Below are positions 48,587 through 58,347 of a stretch of 64,000 nt of DNA, one piece after another. Below the pieces are notes generated by a model. It was not told where the DNA came from. It did no database searches and saw only the letters and a list, made by a program, of their open reading frames with translations. The position numbers and the translations under genes are program-made. How positions within the stretch are numbered: position 1 is the first letter of the stretch; the number at the start of each line of letters is the position of its first letter. Origin of the DNA: Candidatus Latescibacterota bacterium (lineage in GTDB: Bacteria; Latescibacterota; UBA2968; GCA-2709665). The DNA is taken from assembly GCA_965203805.1 (NCBI GenBank), contig OZ241917.1, positions 5,024,001-5,088,000 on the forward strand. Direction: 5' to 3'.

Positions 48587-49048
48587 TTAGAGTCTCTGCA
48601 GATGGGTGAAGTTTACGGCGGCTGACGGATCCTTCTCGAGGGCGGCGAGATAAAGATCCAGATCCACGGTAAGTAGTGGCGTCTCCGCCGTAACCACCTC
48701 CAGGAGCGCCGAATCTGTCAGTCCGAGGCGTCTGTATTCAGATCGTTGCGAAGCGGTGGTACTTGCAACGACGATTTCTTCGCTTTCCTGGATGATGAAT
48801 CGAAGCCGGTCGAAAAAGCGGGAGCGTTCAGGGTCCCCGTGTTGGGCGAGCAGATTGGATGTTTCGGTAAGCGTGTTCGGCGTCACGTAAACACGGTTTA
48901 CGGGATCGATGACGTTTAGCAAAAGGTCGTAATCTTCTACGCCGAATTTTCGCAGTCTGCGGTGTTTGGGGATCAGGTCGCGACTTACGCTTCCAACGAC
49001 GAGCAATACGAGAAGATTGGCGTCAATGAATAAACCGGCGAACGTCAT
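48587..49048 (-). CDS. PIN-domain protein (putative ribonuclease toxin)
   Basis: Acidic PIN motifs 'FIDANLL', 'TPNTLTE', 'GLTDSA', 'LLTVD'. Confidence 0.85.
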   Translation of the reverse strand: MTFAGLFIDANLLVLLVVGSVSRDLIPKHRRLRKFGVEDYDLLLNVIDPVNRVYVTPNTLTETSNLLAQHGDPERSRFFDRLRFIIQESEEIVVASTTASQRSEYRRLGLTDSALLEVVTAETPLLTVDLDLYLAALEKDPSAAVNFTHLQRL

Positions 49049-49052
49049 CGAC

Positions 49053-49349
49053 TTATTCCGAAGCCGCGAAGACGCGTTCCTTTACCGATAGGACTCGCCC
49101 GTCCTCGTCGTCGATTCGAAGGACCTTATACGACCGCGCCGAGCGTCCTTCACTCAGCGCCGCGGTTAAAGGATTCTTATGGTCCCATGGACGCGAAAAG
49201 CCGATGGTTATCTTCCAATCAAAGGAATTCTCGTCGAACTCTACTTCCTCGAGACCGACGTTCGTGATGTCCTCCCCGTCGAAAAGGTCAATCAGGTATT
49301 CTTTCGCCACTTGCGCGGCTTCTCTTACATCCATGTTCGTGTCGCTCAT
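49053..49349 (-). CDS. Small acidic hypothetical protein upstream of the PIN gene (putative partner/antitoxin)
   Basis: 4-bp gap to the PIN gene; 'GLEEVEF...W.ITIGF...RSYK...ID...G.V.SVK'. Confidence 0.7.
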   Translation of the reverse strand: MSDTNMDVREAAQVAKEYLIDLFDGEDITNVGLEEVEFDENSFDWKITIGFSRPWDHKNPLTAALSEGRSARSYKVLRIDDEDGRVLSVKERVFAASE

Positions 49350-49424
49350 GGGGGTCTCCGCGATTTGTTCCCATACTTGAAACTTGACAACATGCAACTG
49401 TCGCCCAATATACCCAAAATCACG

Positions 49425-49766
49425 ACCTCGGGCAACCAGGCCGCTCTGTCACACTCGCTATCGGCCGATGAAACTCTGCATCTGGAAAGGAACTGGACGT
49501 GAAAATCGATTCCGCGGAGATATGCGGGAGACCGGGCGCCCACAAGGGACGCCCCTACATAGGACAGGGGGACTCACGGCAATGTGGAGCCGATGAAGAG
49601 GCCGGTATGAAGGTGGGGCGGACATTCCTGCCTGCCCACGTGCGATAAAACTGTCATTCTGAGGAGGCCGTCAAACCGGTGATGTGTCCGCGCAAATGTG
49701 TTTATTGCGTTTCTGCGTCAGGACGTTAGAGAAGACGGGAGATTCTTCGCTGCGCTCAGAATGACA
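49425..49766. repeat. Duplicated menC leader fused to the post-menC REP cluster
   Basis: 49425-49521 aligns with 46769-46865, 49524-49571 with 47998-48045, and 49612-49665 with 48118-48171. Confidence 0.8.
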
Positions 49767-49831
49767 TGTTTTGTAATTGCAATAAGCGAAATGTCTCGGT
49801 CAGTCGTTTGCCAGCACTGTCATCCTGAGGA

Positions 49832-51181
49832 TCAGGCGAACAGCTGTGCCAGCAGGTCGCCCGCGAGGGTCTCCATTGCTGGCGCGGTGCCGGCGCCGCC
49901 CAGGGACGAATTGGCCGCCCAGGTCTCGTAGCCGCCCTCCTCGGTTAGCGCTTTGTCGGTGCAGATATAGCCGATGTAACCGTTGGCAAGGCTCACGACG
50001 AAGACGGGGCCGGCGGATGTTCGCGACTTGATATTCAAGCCCGACTCAACGAAAACTTCCCCTGGCAGCGCCACAATGGCGGCGTTACCGAGGCTGAAGG
50101 CCTGCACAGTGGCGCTCATCCTGGCCGGGAGTCGTGCGAGGCGCTTGCATTCCATGGCGTAGACATCGACGATCGACCGGGGGATGGGTTGGCCCACGAC
50201 CCAGCTGAAGGGGCCGTCATCGTATTGGGGTGGATCGTCGGGCGACGCCAGGATTTTATCGGCCATCTCCAGGTCTTCGGGTGTGATCGTCCTGGGCGCG
50301 AAATCGAACGTACCGGTCACGGCCGCGAGATCAAGGGTATCCTGCATCTCCATAAGCTGGATTTCGGTGAGCATGTGGCCGGCCAGGACGTTGGCCATTT
50401 TTCTGGCGTGGACGTGGCCGCGGTCTTTCCATCTGCGGCGCCCGCTGAAGTCGATATTGTTGATCTGGCCGGACGCGGCGTTCCAGAGCAAGGGGACGCA
50501 GTCCCCGCCCAGGTAACTCTGCATCTGCCGGAAGAAGTGACCGAAATAATCCGCCGAAATGCCGCCGCCGGCGCCGATATAATGAAGGGAGTAACAGGCA
50601 ACCGCCGAGACCGGGTTGCCCTCAAGGTCTTCCACGTACAACATCGCGAGTTCGGGGTCGGTTGGGCCGGTGGGCTCGATCAGATTCGGATCGGCCACCC
50701 CCGGGTTCATCTGCACGGTCCCGTCCTTCATCCGCCAGCGGCGGTTGAAGGCGATGCGGTCCTCCTCCACGCTGGCGAAGCCGATTCGCGCGGGGCGCAG
50801 GCGGCGGCACGCGAGTTCGGCGGCGTCGGCGATCTTGAGGTGAAGCCATTCTATATAGTCTGAGTCGCCGTCCGTACCCAGCAGATCGGCGATGCCGCCC
50901 CCGCTGTGCGTATGGGTAGCGTTGATCATCGTGTGAGCGACGGGGATGCCGCATCTCTTCGCGACGCGCTGCCTGGCGCGTTCCGCGATATTCTGCGGCA
51001 TAGCGATGAGATCGCAGGTGATGAAGGCGACGCGGGTATGGCCGTTGTCCAGGACGAGGGCTTTGGCCAGGAGTTCGTCGTGGACGTCATCGGCGTATCC
51101 CGGCCGATGCCCCCCGGGGATGGTCACGCCCAGCCAGGGTGTGATGTTGGCCGTGGCGGCGCCTGCCTGCAAAGTGCCCAT
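49832..51181 (-). CDS. Neutral/alkaline ceramidase-like hydrolase (paralogue of 7009-8304)
   Basis: Motifs 'NITP', 'HDEL', 'ATHTHSG', 'FNRR', 'YSLH', 'PGE', 'LANGYIGY', 'GGYE'. Confidence 0.8.
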   Translation of the reverse strand: MGTLQAGAATANITPWLGVTIPGGHRPGYADDVHDELLAKALVLDNGHTRVAFITCDLIAMPQNIAERARQRVAKRCGIPVAHTMINATHTHSGGGIADLLGTDGDSDYIEWLHLKIADAAELACRRLRPARIGFASVEEDRIAFNRRWRMKDGTVQMNPGVADPNLIEPTGPTDPELAMLYVEDLEGNPVSAVACYSLHYIGAGGGISADYFGHFFRQMQSYLGGDCVPLLWNAASGQINNIDFSGRRRWKDRGHVHARKMANVLAGHMLTEIQLMEMQDTLDLAAVTGTFDFAPRTITPEDLEMADKILASPDDPPQYDDGPFSWVVGQPIPRSIVDVYAMECKRLARLPARMSATVQAFSLGNAAIVALPGEVFVESGLNIKSRTSAGPVFVVSLANGYIGYICTDKALTEEGGYETWAANSSLGGAGTAPAMETLAGDLLAQLFA

Positions 51182-51208
51182 AGCAGTTCTCCTTACCTGC
51201 CGAACCTA

Positions 51209-51403
51209 TCAGCCCGTTGATAAAGTCCATCCGGGCTGCGTCCGGCCCTTGTGGCCGAAATACGGCGTTGCCTGCCTGCGCCAAGCAACGCGCGGCAGGC
51301 AGGCGCTCCCTCCCCGAATCCAGGGATTCGCGTCGGTCGCGCGCCTTGTCTTCGGCCACAATGACTCGGCCTCGCCTGCAGAGCGACTTTTTCAACGGAC
51401 TGC
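51209..51403. mobile_element. About 195-bp MITE with imperfect terminal inverted repeats, flanked by TA
   Basis: TA-TCAGCCCGTTGATAAAGTC...GACTTTTTCAACGGACTGC-TA (16/19 match); internal hairpins; no ORF. Confidence 0.7.
51271..51303. mobile_element. Second 33-bp CCTGCCTGC-N15-GCAGGCAGG element, nested in the MITE
   Basis: Same length and same 9-bp ends as 9443-9475, with the same G^C junction. Confidence 0.7.
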
Positions 51404-52404
51404 TATTCGATTTTCAGGAATTCCCCGCCCCTGCGTGCGGATGCTTCCGCCATAATGCATGCTTTGGCGACAGCCAGTACGTCTGAGGTCGATATGAAAT
51501 TCTCTTCGCCATTGGAGAATGCGTTCACCATGCGTTCCACAAAGCCGGTGTTGCGCTCGGGCGGGAATTCGGGTTCGTAAGCGCCCCTGCCGTCTGCGAC
51601 GATGAGCAGGCTGTCTCCCGCGTAGGCCCGCAAGTGGGCCGAACCCTTCGTACCCATGATGATGAAGCGCGTGTCGCCGAACGAAGGGGAGTCAACCGGT
51701 GTCAGCCAATCCGCCGTGAGCAGCGCGCAGGCGCCGGTGCTCATCTGAAACGACGCCTGGATATGGTCCATCTCCAGCTTTTGGGGGCCATGCGTGTGTT
51801 TTTTACAGGCGCCGATGGCGTGGACACCCACGCACTCGCCCCCTGTGAGCCATCGGACCTGGTCCACGCCGTGGCATGCGACGTCGCTGAACGTGCCCGT
51901 ATAGACGTCGGGATCGAAATACCAGTCGGGCGCCCAGTCGCCCAGTTTGTGGGGATGGGTGGAAATCAGGCTGACGATTTCCCCGAGTTCTCCCGCGAGA
52001 ACGGCTTCCCTCAGTGCAATGAAGGGCGGATAACTGCGAGAGGTGTAGAACATGGTCAGGCGGACGTCGTGGGCCCGGACTGACGTCCGGATGCGGTTCC
52101 AGTCCTCCATCGACCGGCAGAGCGGCTTGTCCAGAAAGACGTGCGCGCCGGCCGCGGCGCAGGTCTCGATCATGTCCACCTTCTCGTGGTGGCCCACGCC
52201 CTCCATGACGACTTCGGCCCGGGTTGCGTCCAGCATATCCTGGAGCGTGGGAAAACGGGGGACGTCGATTTCACGTGTGTATTGTTCGTGCAAGGCGTCG
52301 TCCGGCTCCACAATTCCGACCAGTTCCGCATTGGGGGCGTTGGCGGCCGACCGGAACATGCCCCCGATGTGTCCGTAGTGCAGGCCCATGACTGCGATTT
52401 TCAT
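51403..52404 (-). CDS. Gfo/Idh/MocA family oxidoreductase
   Basis: Motifs 'KIAVMG', 'GAHVFLDKPL' and 'CHGVD'. Confidence 0.87.
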   Translation of the reverse strand: MKIAVMGLHYGHIGGMFRSAANAPNAELVGIVEPDDALHEQYTREIDVPRFPTLQDMLDATRAEVVMEGVGHHEKVDMIETCAAAGAHVFLDKPLCRSMEDWNRIRTSVRAHDVRLTMFYTSRSYPPFIALREAVLAGELGEIVSLISTHPHKLGDWAPDWYFDPDVYTGTFSDVACHGVDQVRWLTGGECVGVHAIGACKKHTHGPQKLEMDHIQASFQMSTGACALLTADWLTPVDSPSFGDTRFIIMGTKGSAHLRAYAGDSLLIVADGRGAYEPEFPPERNTGFVERMVNAFSNGEENFISTSDVLAVAKACIMAEASARRGGEFLKIE

Positions 52405-52425
52405 AAGTACGGCTCCCTGTAGCAC

Positions 52426-53544
52426 CTACCCCGAATACCGCTTGATCCTCTCCCGGTCCAGGTCGATCCCCAGGCCCGGTGTTGTGGGTATGGTAAGCAG
52501 GCCGTCGTCGTCGAGCTGGAAGGGTTCGGTCAGGATGTCTTCTATATAAGGCGACGGGGTGATGTATTCCACCCAGCGCGCCGTGGGGTGGGCCGCGGCG
52601 AGATGGAGGTCGGCGGCAAGTCCCACTGCCGTGTTCCATCCGTGGGTGACCAGAAGGACGTTGTGGTTGCAGGCGTGCCAGAGGATGCGCCGGGTCTCCG
52701 ACAGGCCGCCGACTTTTGTGGCATCCGGCTGGACGATGTCGAAGGCGCCGCGCGCGATCCAGGAGAGAAAGCTCTGCCGGCGGGTCAGGACTTCGCCTCC
52801 CGCGATGGGGACGGGAGCGTTGCGGCGGAGAGCGATGAATCCATCCATATCGTCCGGAGGCAGGGCCTCCTCGAACCAGACCACGTCGTAGTCCGCGAGC
52901 ATTCTGGCCGTTTCGAGCGCCCACTTGTACCCGTGCGGCCAGAACTGGTCGCTCCCGCCGGCGTCGACCATCAGTTCGACGTCCGCACCCACCGTCTCGC
53001 GGGCGAGTCTGACGAGTCGCTCGTCGGTGCGTTTGTCCTCGCGCCCGAACGGGCCCCACCCGAGTTTGAGCGCGCGGAAGCCGCGGGAAACGGCCGACTC
53101 CAGGGTCTGCCTGAAGTTGTCTTCATCAGCCTCGAAGAGGAGCGAACCATAGGGTTTGATCTTGTGACGGTAGTAGCCGCCCAACAGGCGCCCCACGGGT
53201 TGCCCGCTGGCCTTGCCCAGAAGGTCCCACAACGCGATGTCGATGCCCGAAATGGCGTGCGTGACAGAACCGCCGCGGCCCTGCCAGAACGTCGCCTGGT
53301 GGAGTTTCTCGGAGACGCGTTCCGGTTCGATGGCCGACTCGCCGACGAAGTGGGGTTTCAGAAGGTCGAGAGCGGCGTCGACCAGGGCTTTGCTGGTGGC
53401 GACGCTCCCGAGGCCGGTGAGCCCGCTGTCGGTATGCACTTCCACAAGGGTGTGCAGGTTTTCCGACGGCGGTGTTTCGGCCGTCCAACCTGATTTCGGC
53501 GTGGCTCCCCGGAGAGAAATTGTCTGGATGCCTGTGATTTTCAT
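52426..53544 (-). CDS. Mandelate racemase/muconate lactonizing enzyme family protein
   Basis: Motifs 'SGIDIALWDLLGK', 'LMVDA', 'WFEEAL', 'AGGE', 'QPD', 'H', 'PGLGI'. Confidence 0.92.
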   Translation of the reverse strand: MKITGIQTISLRGATPKSGWTAETPPSENLHTLVEVHTDSGLTGLGSVATSKALVDAALDLLKPHFVGESAIEPERVSEKLHQATFWQGRGGSVTHAISGIDIALWDLLGKASGQPVGRLLGGYYRHKIKPYGSLLFEADEDNFRQTLESAVSRGFRALKLGWGPFGREDKRTDERLVRLARETVGADVELMVDAGGSDQFWPHGYKWALETARMLADYDVVWFEEALPPDDMDGFIALRRNAPVPIAGGEVLTRRQSFLSWIARGAFDIVQPDATKVGGLSETRRILWHACNHNVLLVTHGWNTAVGLAADLHLAAAHPTARWVEYITPSPYIEDILTEPFQLDDDGLLTIPTTPGLGIDLDRERIKRYSG

Positions 53545-53910
53545 GACGTCCGATTGGTAGCTGTAAGAAGCCGACGGCGTTGGCGAGCACGCTCGGATTG
53601 CCGGCAGGTGGAAGATGGTCTATCGAATAAACGTCGAATTCCAGCCCGGTTGCCGTCCGGTTGGATGCCGGACGGCCTCAATATAGGGAATCCGGGTATC
53701 GCCTTCAACAGGAAATCGCCGTTTGCCGGTACATCCGGCGCGGCAGAGATCTGCCAAAATGGCAGATTGCGGACTTGTGGTCGTGCCGATACGGATTGCA
53801 ACGGATTTCCGGCTCGAAGCACATTTCTTAACTATTTATATAACAATGTTTTATCGATATAATGTTTTTTCGGGCACAATAGTTGCAGGTGTTCTGCATT
53901 GTCGCGGGGG

Positions 53911-53950
53911 ACCCTCACCCCCGAACCCCCTCTCCCAAGGGGAGAGGGGG
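53911..53950. repeat. REP-like hairpin
   Basis: CCCCCTCTCCC-AA-GGGGAGAGGGG. Confidence 0.6.
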
Positions 53951-54035
53951 AGCAGACAGCTTGAGGCAAAACCGGGACACCGCGAGGGAACACAGTTTCC
54001 CGTTCCTTCAGGAAGGGGGTAGGTCTCGTAAAGGC

Positions 54036-54341
54036 GGGGAGACGTTAGACGTAAGAGGGGAGAGGAAATGAGTGCCGTTTGGTTCATTCATGGTGGATAC
54101 GATAAAGGCAAATTCGCAGGCACGGTTTATGTGAAAACACTGTGTTTACGTTTTCCCCTACCGTCTTGCGTCTCAACGGTTTTATTGCCCTGTGTGGCTT
54201 CATTTCTTGCCGGAGGCATAAGGGAGTAACCAACCGGGCAATGAAGTCATCTACCGTCTTGCGTCTTACGTCTCACCGATTTCATCTACCGTCTACCCTC
54301 TACCGTCTTACCGCTTTCATCTACCGCCTTACGTCTTACCG
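54036..54341. repeat. Dispersed element copy 2 plus tandem degenerate heptamer array (CTACCGT/CTTACGT)
   Basis: Aligns with 25341-25487; heptamer run at 54250-54341. Confidence 0.7.
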
Positions 54342-54377
54342 AAGTTAGATGGTTGACACGCAGAAGGAGTCGACAGA

Positions 54378-56882
54378 ATGTCTGACGAGACGACGCCAAA
54401 GAGCATCGAAGTGATCGACGGGTCGCACGTGCCCGGTGAGGTGCCCGTGTTGAGGAGCAGGGAGGTCGTGATTTTTCCATATATGCTGTCACCGTTGTTT
54501 GTCGAAAGCGAACAGGCGATCCGGGCGGTGGATACGGCCGTGAACGGCGGACATCGGGTCGTCGCCCTGTTCGGGCAGAAGCCGGACAGGGAACCGGAGA
54601 AACCCGAACCTGAGAACGACGGCGGCGAGGAGGAAGCAGAGATTCAAGCCGAGGACCTGTATCAGGTGGGCACCGCGGTGCAGGTGGTCCGGATGCAGCG
54701 AACGCCGGACAACAAGCTGCAGGTTCTCGTCAACGGCATCGCTCGCGTGGGTCTCGAGGCACTGGTTCAGACCACCCCCTATCCGCTTGCGCGGATCAGG
54801 GTGTTGGACGGCTGGGCTGAAAAGACGAACGAGCTGGAGGCGCTTTCCCAGAATGTGATGGACCTGTTCAAAAAGGCGATGGATCTGGTGCCCAATGTGC
54901 CAAAAGAGCTGATGGCGGCGCTGGATTCGCTGAGCGAACCGGAAAAGAAGGCGGACTTCATCGCGTCTCAGTTCAACCTGAGATTTGAGGAGCGCCAGGA
55001 GGTGTTGTCCGAACTCAACCTCCGGCTGAGGTTCGAGTTGATTCACAAGTATCTGACACGGGAAGTCGAAATCCTGGAACTTCGGCAGAAGATCCAGAGC
55101 GATGCCGCGGGGTCGATGGACGAGGCGCAGCGGGAGTATTTCCTCCGTCAACAGCTCAAGGCCATTCGAGAGGAACTGGGCGAAGGCGAGGACGAGGCCG
55201 AAGAGATCGAGGAGTTGCGGGAGAAAATCGAAGCGGCGGGAATGACCGGCGAGGCGCGGAAGGCCGCCGACCGCGAGCTTTCGCGGATGGAGAAAATGCC
55301 GGGGGAATCGGCGGAATACACGGTTTCGCGGACCTATCTCGACTGGCTGGTCGAATTGCCGTGGAGCAAATCGAGCGAAGACCGCATCGACGTGGACCGG
55401 GCACAGAAGATCCTGGACGACGACCACTATGGGATCGAAAAGCCCAAGGACCGGATTCTGGAATATCTGGCCGTACGAAGGCTTAAAGACGACATGCGGG
55501 GTCCGATTCTATGCCTGGTGGGTCCGCCGGGCACAGGGAAGACCTCGCTGGGCCGGTCCGTGGCCCGAGCCCTTGACCGCACCTTTGTCCGGATATCGCT
55601 GGGCGGCGTCCGGGATGAATCGGAGGTCCGGGGCCACCGGAGGACCTACGTGGGCGCGCTGCCCGGCCGGATCATCCAGGGGCTGCGCCGGGCGGGCACG
55701 AACAACCCGGTGTTCATGCTGGACGAGATCGACAAACTGGGCGCGGATTTCCGCGGCGACCCGTCGGCGGCCCTGCTGGAGGTGCTGGACCCCGAGCAGA
55801 ACTGCCGGTTCGAGGACCATTACCTGGACGTGCCATTCGATCTTTCGCAGGTCATGTTCATTGCCACCGCGAATACGCTGCATACGATTCCGCCCGCACT
55901 GCTGGACCGGATGGAAGTCCTGGAACTGCCGGGCTACACGGAGCAGGAAAAGTTGCAGATCGCGCGCAGCTATCTCGTGCCCAGGCAGCTCGAAGAGCAC
56001 GGACTGACAGACAGACGGCTGGAGATCGACAACGATGCATTAACCGGATTGATCCGATTCTACACCCTCGAGGCGGGCTTGAGGAATTTGGAGCGGGCGG
56101 TGGGTACGTTGTGCCGCAAGGTGGCGCGCCGGTTCGCACAGGGCCGAAAGCGGAAAGTAAGGGTGAAGACCGGGCACTTGCGCGAGTACCTGGGCCCCCG
56201 GCAGTTCCAACACGAAATCGCGGCGGACAACGATGAGGTGGGTGTTGCGGCGGGACTCGCGGTGACCTCCGCGGGCGGCGACGTGATGTTCGTGGAAGCC
56301 ACGCTGATGCCGGGCGGCGGAAACCTGAACCTGACCGGCCAGGTTGGCGACGTGATGCAGGAGTCCGTCCAGGCGGCGATGACGTACGTTCGTTCGCGGT
56401 GGGAGCGCCTGGACCTGCCCGAAAATTTCAACGTGGAGAAGGACGTGCACGTCCATGCGCCGGCGGGAGCCGTGCCCAAGGACGGCCCGTCCGCCGGGAT
56501 TACAATGGCCGCGGTACTGGCTTCCGCGTTTACGGGTCGTCCGGTCCGGAAGGACGTGGCGATGACCGGAGAGATTACGCTGCGGGGCAAGGTCCTGCCG
56601 GTTGGCGGCGTGCGGGACAAGATACTGGCGGCTCACCGTGCGGGGATACGGACGGTCATTCTACCCGGGAAAAACCGGAGGGACCTGGAGGAAGTGCCGG
56701 ACACGGTCCGGAAGGACGTGAAACTGGTGTTCGCCGACCACATGGACAAGGTGCTGAACACCGCGCTGATGAAGAAGGGGAGGACGTCGGCCGGCCGCCG
56801 TTCGCCGGCAGCGGGGAGCAGGCCGTCGGTCCGCACCGGCAACCGTCCGAGACCAACGGTGACGGCGGGTACGGAAGGGTGA
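54378..56882 (+). CDS. lon: Lon ATP-dependent protease
   Basis: LON N-domain, 'GPPGTGKTS', 'LDEIDK', catalytic 'PKDGPSAG' and 'VGGVRDK'. Confidence 0.97.
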   Translation: MSDETTPKSIEVIDGSHVPGEVPVLRSREVVIFPYMLSPLFVESEQAIRAVDTAVNGGHRVVALFGQKPDREPEKPEPENDGGEEEAEIQAEDLYQVGTAVQVVRMQRTPDNKLQVLVNGIARVGLEALVQTTPYPLARIRVLDGWAEKTNELEALSQNVMDLFKKAMDLVPNVPKELMAALDSLSEPEKKADFIASQFNLRFEERQEVLSELNLRLRFELIHKYLTREVEILELRQKIQSDAAGSMDEAQREYFLRQQLKAIREELGEGEDEAEEIEELREKIEAAGMTGEARKAADRELSRMEKMPGESAEYTVSRTYLDWLVELPWSKSSEDRIDVDRAQKILDDDHYGIEKPKDRILEYLAVRRLKDDMRGPILCLVGPPGTGKTSLGRSVARALDRTFVRISLGGVRDESEVRGHRRTYVGALPGRIIQGLRRAGTNNPVFMLDEIDKLGADFRGDPSAALLEVLDPEQNCRFEDHYLDVPFDLSQVMFIATANTLHTIPPALLDRMEVLELPGYTEQEKLQIARSYLVPRQLEEHGLTDRRLEIDNDALTGLIRFYTLEAGLRNLERAVGTLCRKVARRFAQGRKRKVRVKTGHLREYLGPRQFQHEIAADNDEVGVAAGLAVTSAGGDVMFVEATLMPGGGNLNLTGQVGDVMQESVQAAMTYVRSRWERLDLPENFNVEKDVHVHAPAGAVPKDGPSAGITMAAVLASAFTGRPVRKDVAMTGEITLRGKVLPVGGVRDKILAAHRAGIRTVILPGKNRRDLEEVPDTVRKDVKLVFADHMDKVLNTALMKKGRTSAGRRSPAAGSRPSVRTGNRPRPTVTAGTEG

Positions 56883-57106
56883 AGGACCTCGGGACATTCC
56901 CATAAAGCTGGCTCGGAGAAAATAGATGGGTCGAGGCGCATAGCTGCAGCCTCGACCCTTTCTATATATGACACTTCAGGTGCGTCATGCGCCACGGGGA
57001 TGGACCTTTCGAAATTCGGCGGCATTCGCGGGACCCAGAGCAGAAGGCGTGACCGATGAGTCAGCCGTCTGGCAGATTAGCCACCAAGGTGAACGTGAAT
57101 TGGCGT

Positions 57107-57871
57107 TCACAGGGCGCGTGCGTTGGCGTCCAGAGTCTTCTGATATTCCCTGGGTGGCATATCCTCCAGCCTGCGAAAGGCCTCGGTAAAACGGACCTGA
57201 TTTCTGAAACCGCACTTTTTCGCAATGACGTAAAAAGGTTCGCGCCTTGTTTCCATCATCTTTTTTGCCTTTTCTATCCGAAAATAGGTGCGGCGCTCTT
57301 GAAAAGTCGTCCCGAACAGATCACGAAACAGTCTTGAAACATGGCCTGGTGAGATGTTGAAGTGTCTGCAGAGGTCGCCCCGACGAAGCGATGGATCCGA
57401 AATGCGGTCTTTCAGAAACGCGTCCATCCGTTCAGCAAGGGTGTGTGACGGTAGATGCCGCCGGCCGATCAGATCGCGAACCAGAGAGACCAGATCGTCT
57501 CTATCAATTGGTTTGGTAAGGATATCGTGTGCGCCTTCTTTTATGGCTCGAACGGCGATCTTGACATCGTCTTCTTCAGCCAGAAGCAAAATGTCGGTTG
57601 GAACGTACTTCTGCCGCACGGCACGCAGAATCTCCAGGCCGCCGAGATTGGGAATCGTGACGTTCAGGAGGGCGACGGCGAAGGATCCTTCGCAAAGGAG
57701 ATTCAGCGTTTCGCGGCCGTCGGAGGCGGCCTCCACGTGCCATGTCTTCGACTGCATCCTGAGTATGTCCCGAATCAGGGCGCAGACTTTCGGGTCGGGA
57801 TCGGCAACCAGGATTTCCACCCATCTGCCATCGGAACGTCGCTTTCGTTTTCGGACTGGTTCGATCAACAT
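57107..57871 (-). CDS. Receiver-domain + AraC HTH regulator (atypical receiver)
   Basis: REC fold 'ILVAD...ALLNV..P..GGLE...KP'; AraC 'SRLF....G..F......RIEKAK...IA..CGF.....F..AF'. Confidence 0.8.
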   Translation of the reverse strand: MLIEPVRKRKRRSDGRWVEILVADPDPKVCALIRDILRMQSKTWHVEAASDGRETLNLLCEGSFAVALLNVTIPNLGGLEILRAVRQKYVPTDILLLAEEDDVKIAVRAIKEGAHDILTKPIDRDDLVSLVRDLIGRRHLPSHTLAERMDAFLKDRISDPSLRRGDLCRHFNISPGHVSRLFRDLFGTTFQERRTYFRIEKAKKMMETRREPFYVIAKKCGFRNQVRFTEAFRRLEDMPPREYQKTLDANARAL

Positions 57872-58347
57872 ATCGATTCAATTTTGTAACGGTTCAACCA
57901 CGTGAAGTACGCCTCCGGATTCGGGGTACATGTAAGAGATCGAAGGGCAAGCGCACCGTGCGACAGGCGCGACGACCGGCGTTCATTCAGTCGGCCTCCT
58001 GTTGCAGCGTACGACCACTATCCGTGTCTGCTCCGAATCCCGGTCGCCTGCATGGTCCTCAGTTTGATTGACCACGTCCTCATGAATAGTTACTGTTTCG
58101 TCACACATTTACACGTTGGAGTACGTGATGCTTGCGCCTCAGGCCTCGCGAACTTATATCCCCGCTATAAATTTAAACATTCATGCGTGAAGGCGTGGTG
58201 ATATATCACCTTGTATTGGTGATGTATAAGTGAATTTTCGCCCGGCCAAAGCATCTGGATACAGCGTGTCCGGCTTTGTGAAGTTTCGGACCTGAGCCCT
58301 GCCGAGACAGGATTCGAGAAACATCGCAATCGACAGGGGAGAATGGG

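Noticed and set aside
54250-54341. Possible CRISPR array
   Set aside because: Degenerate 7-bp tandem units without spacers, and no cas genes.
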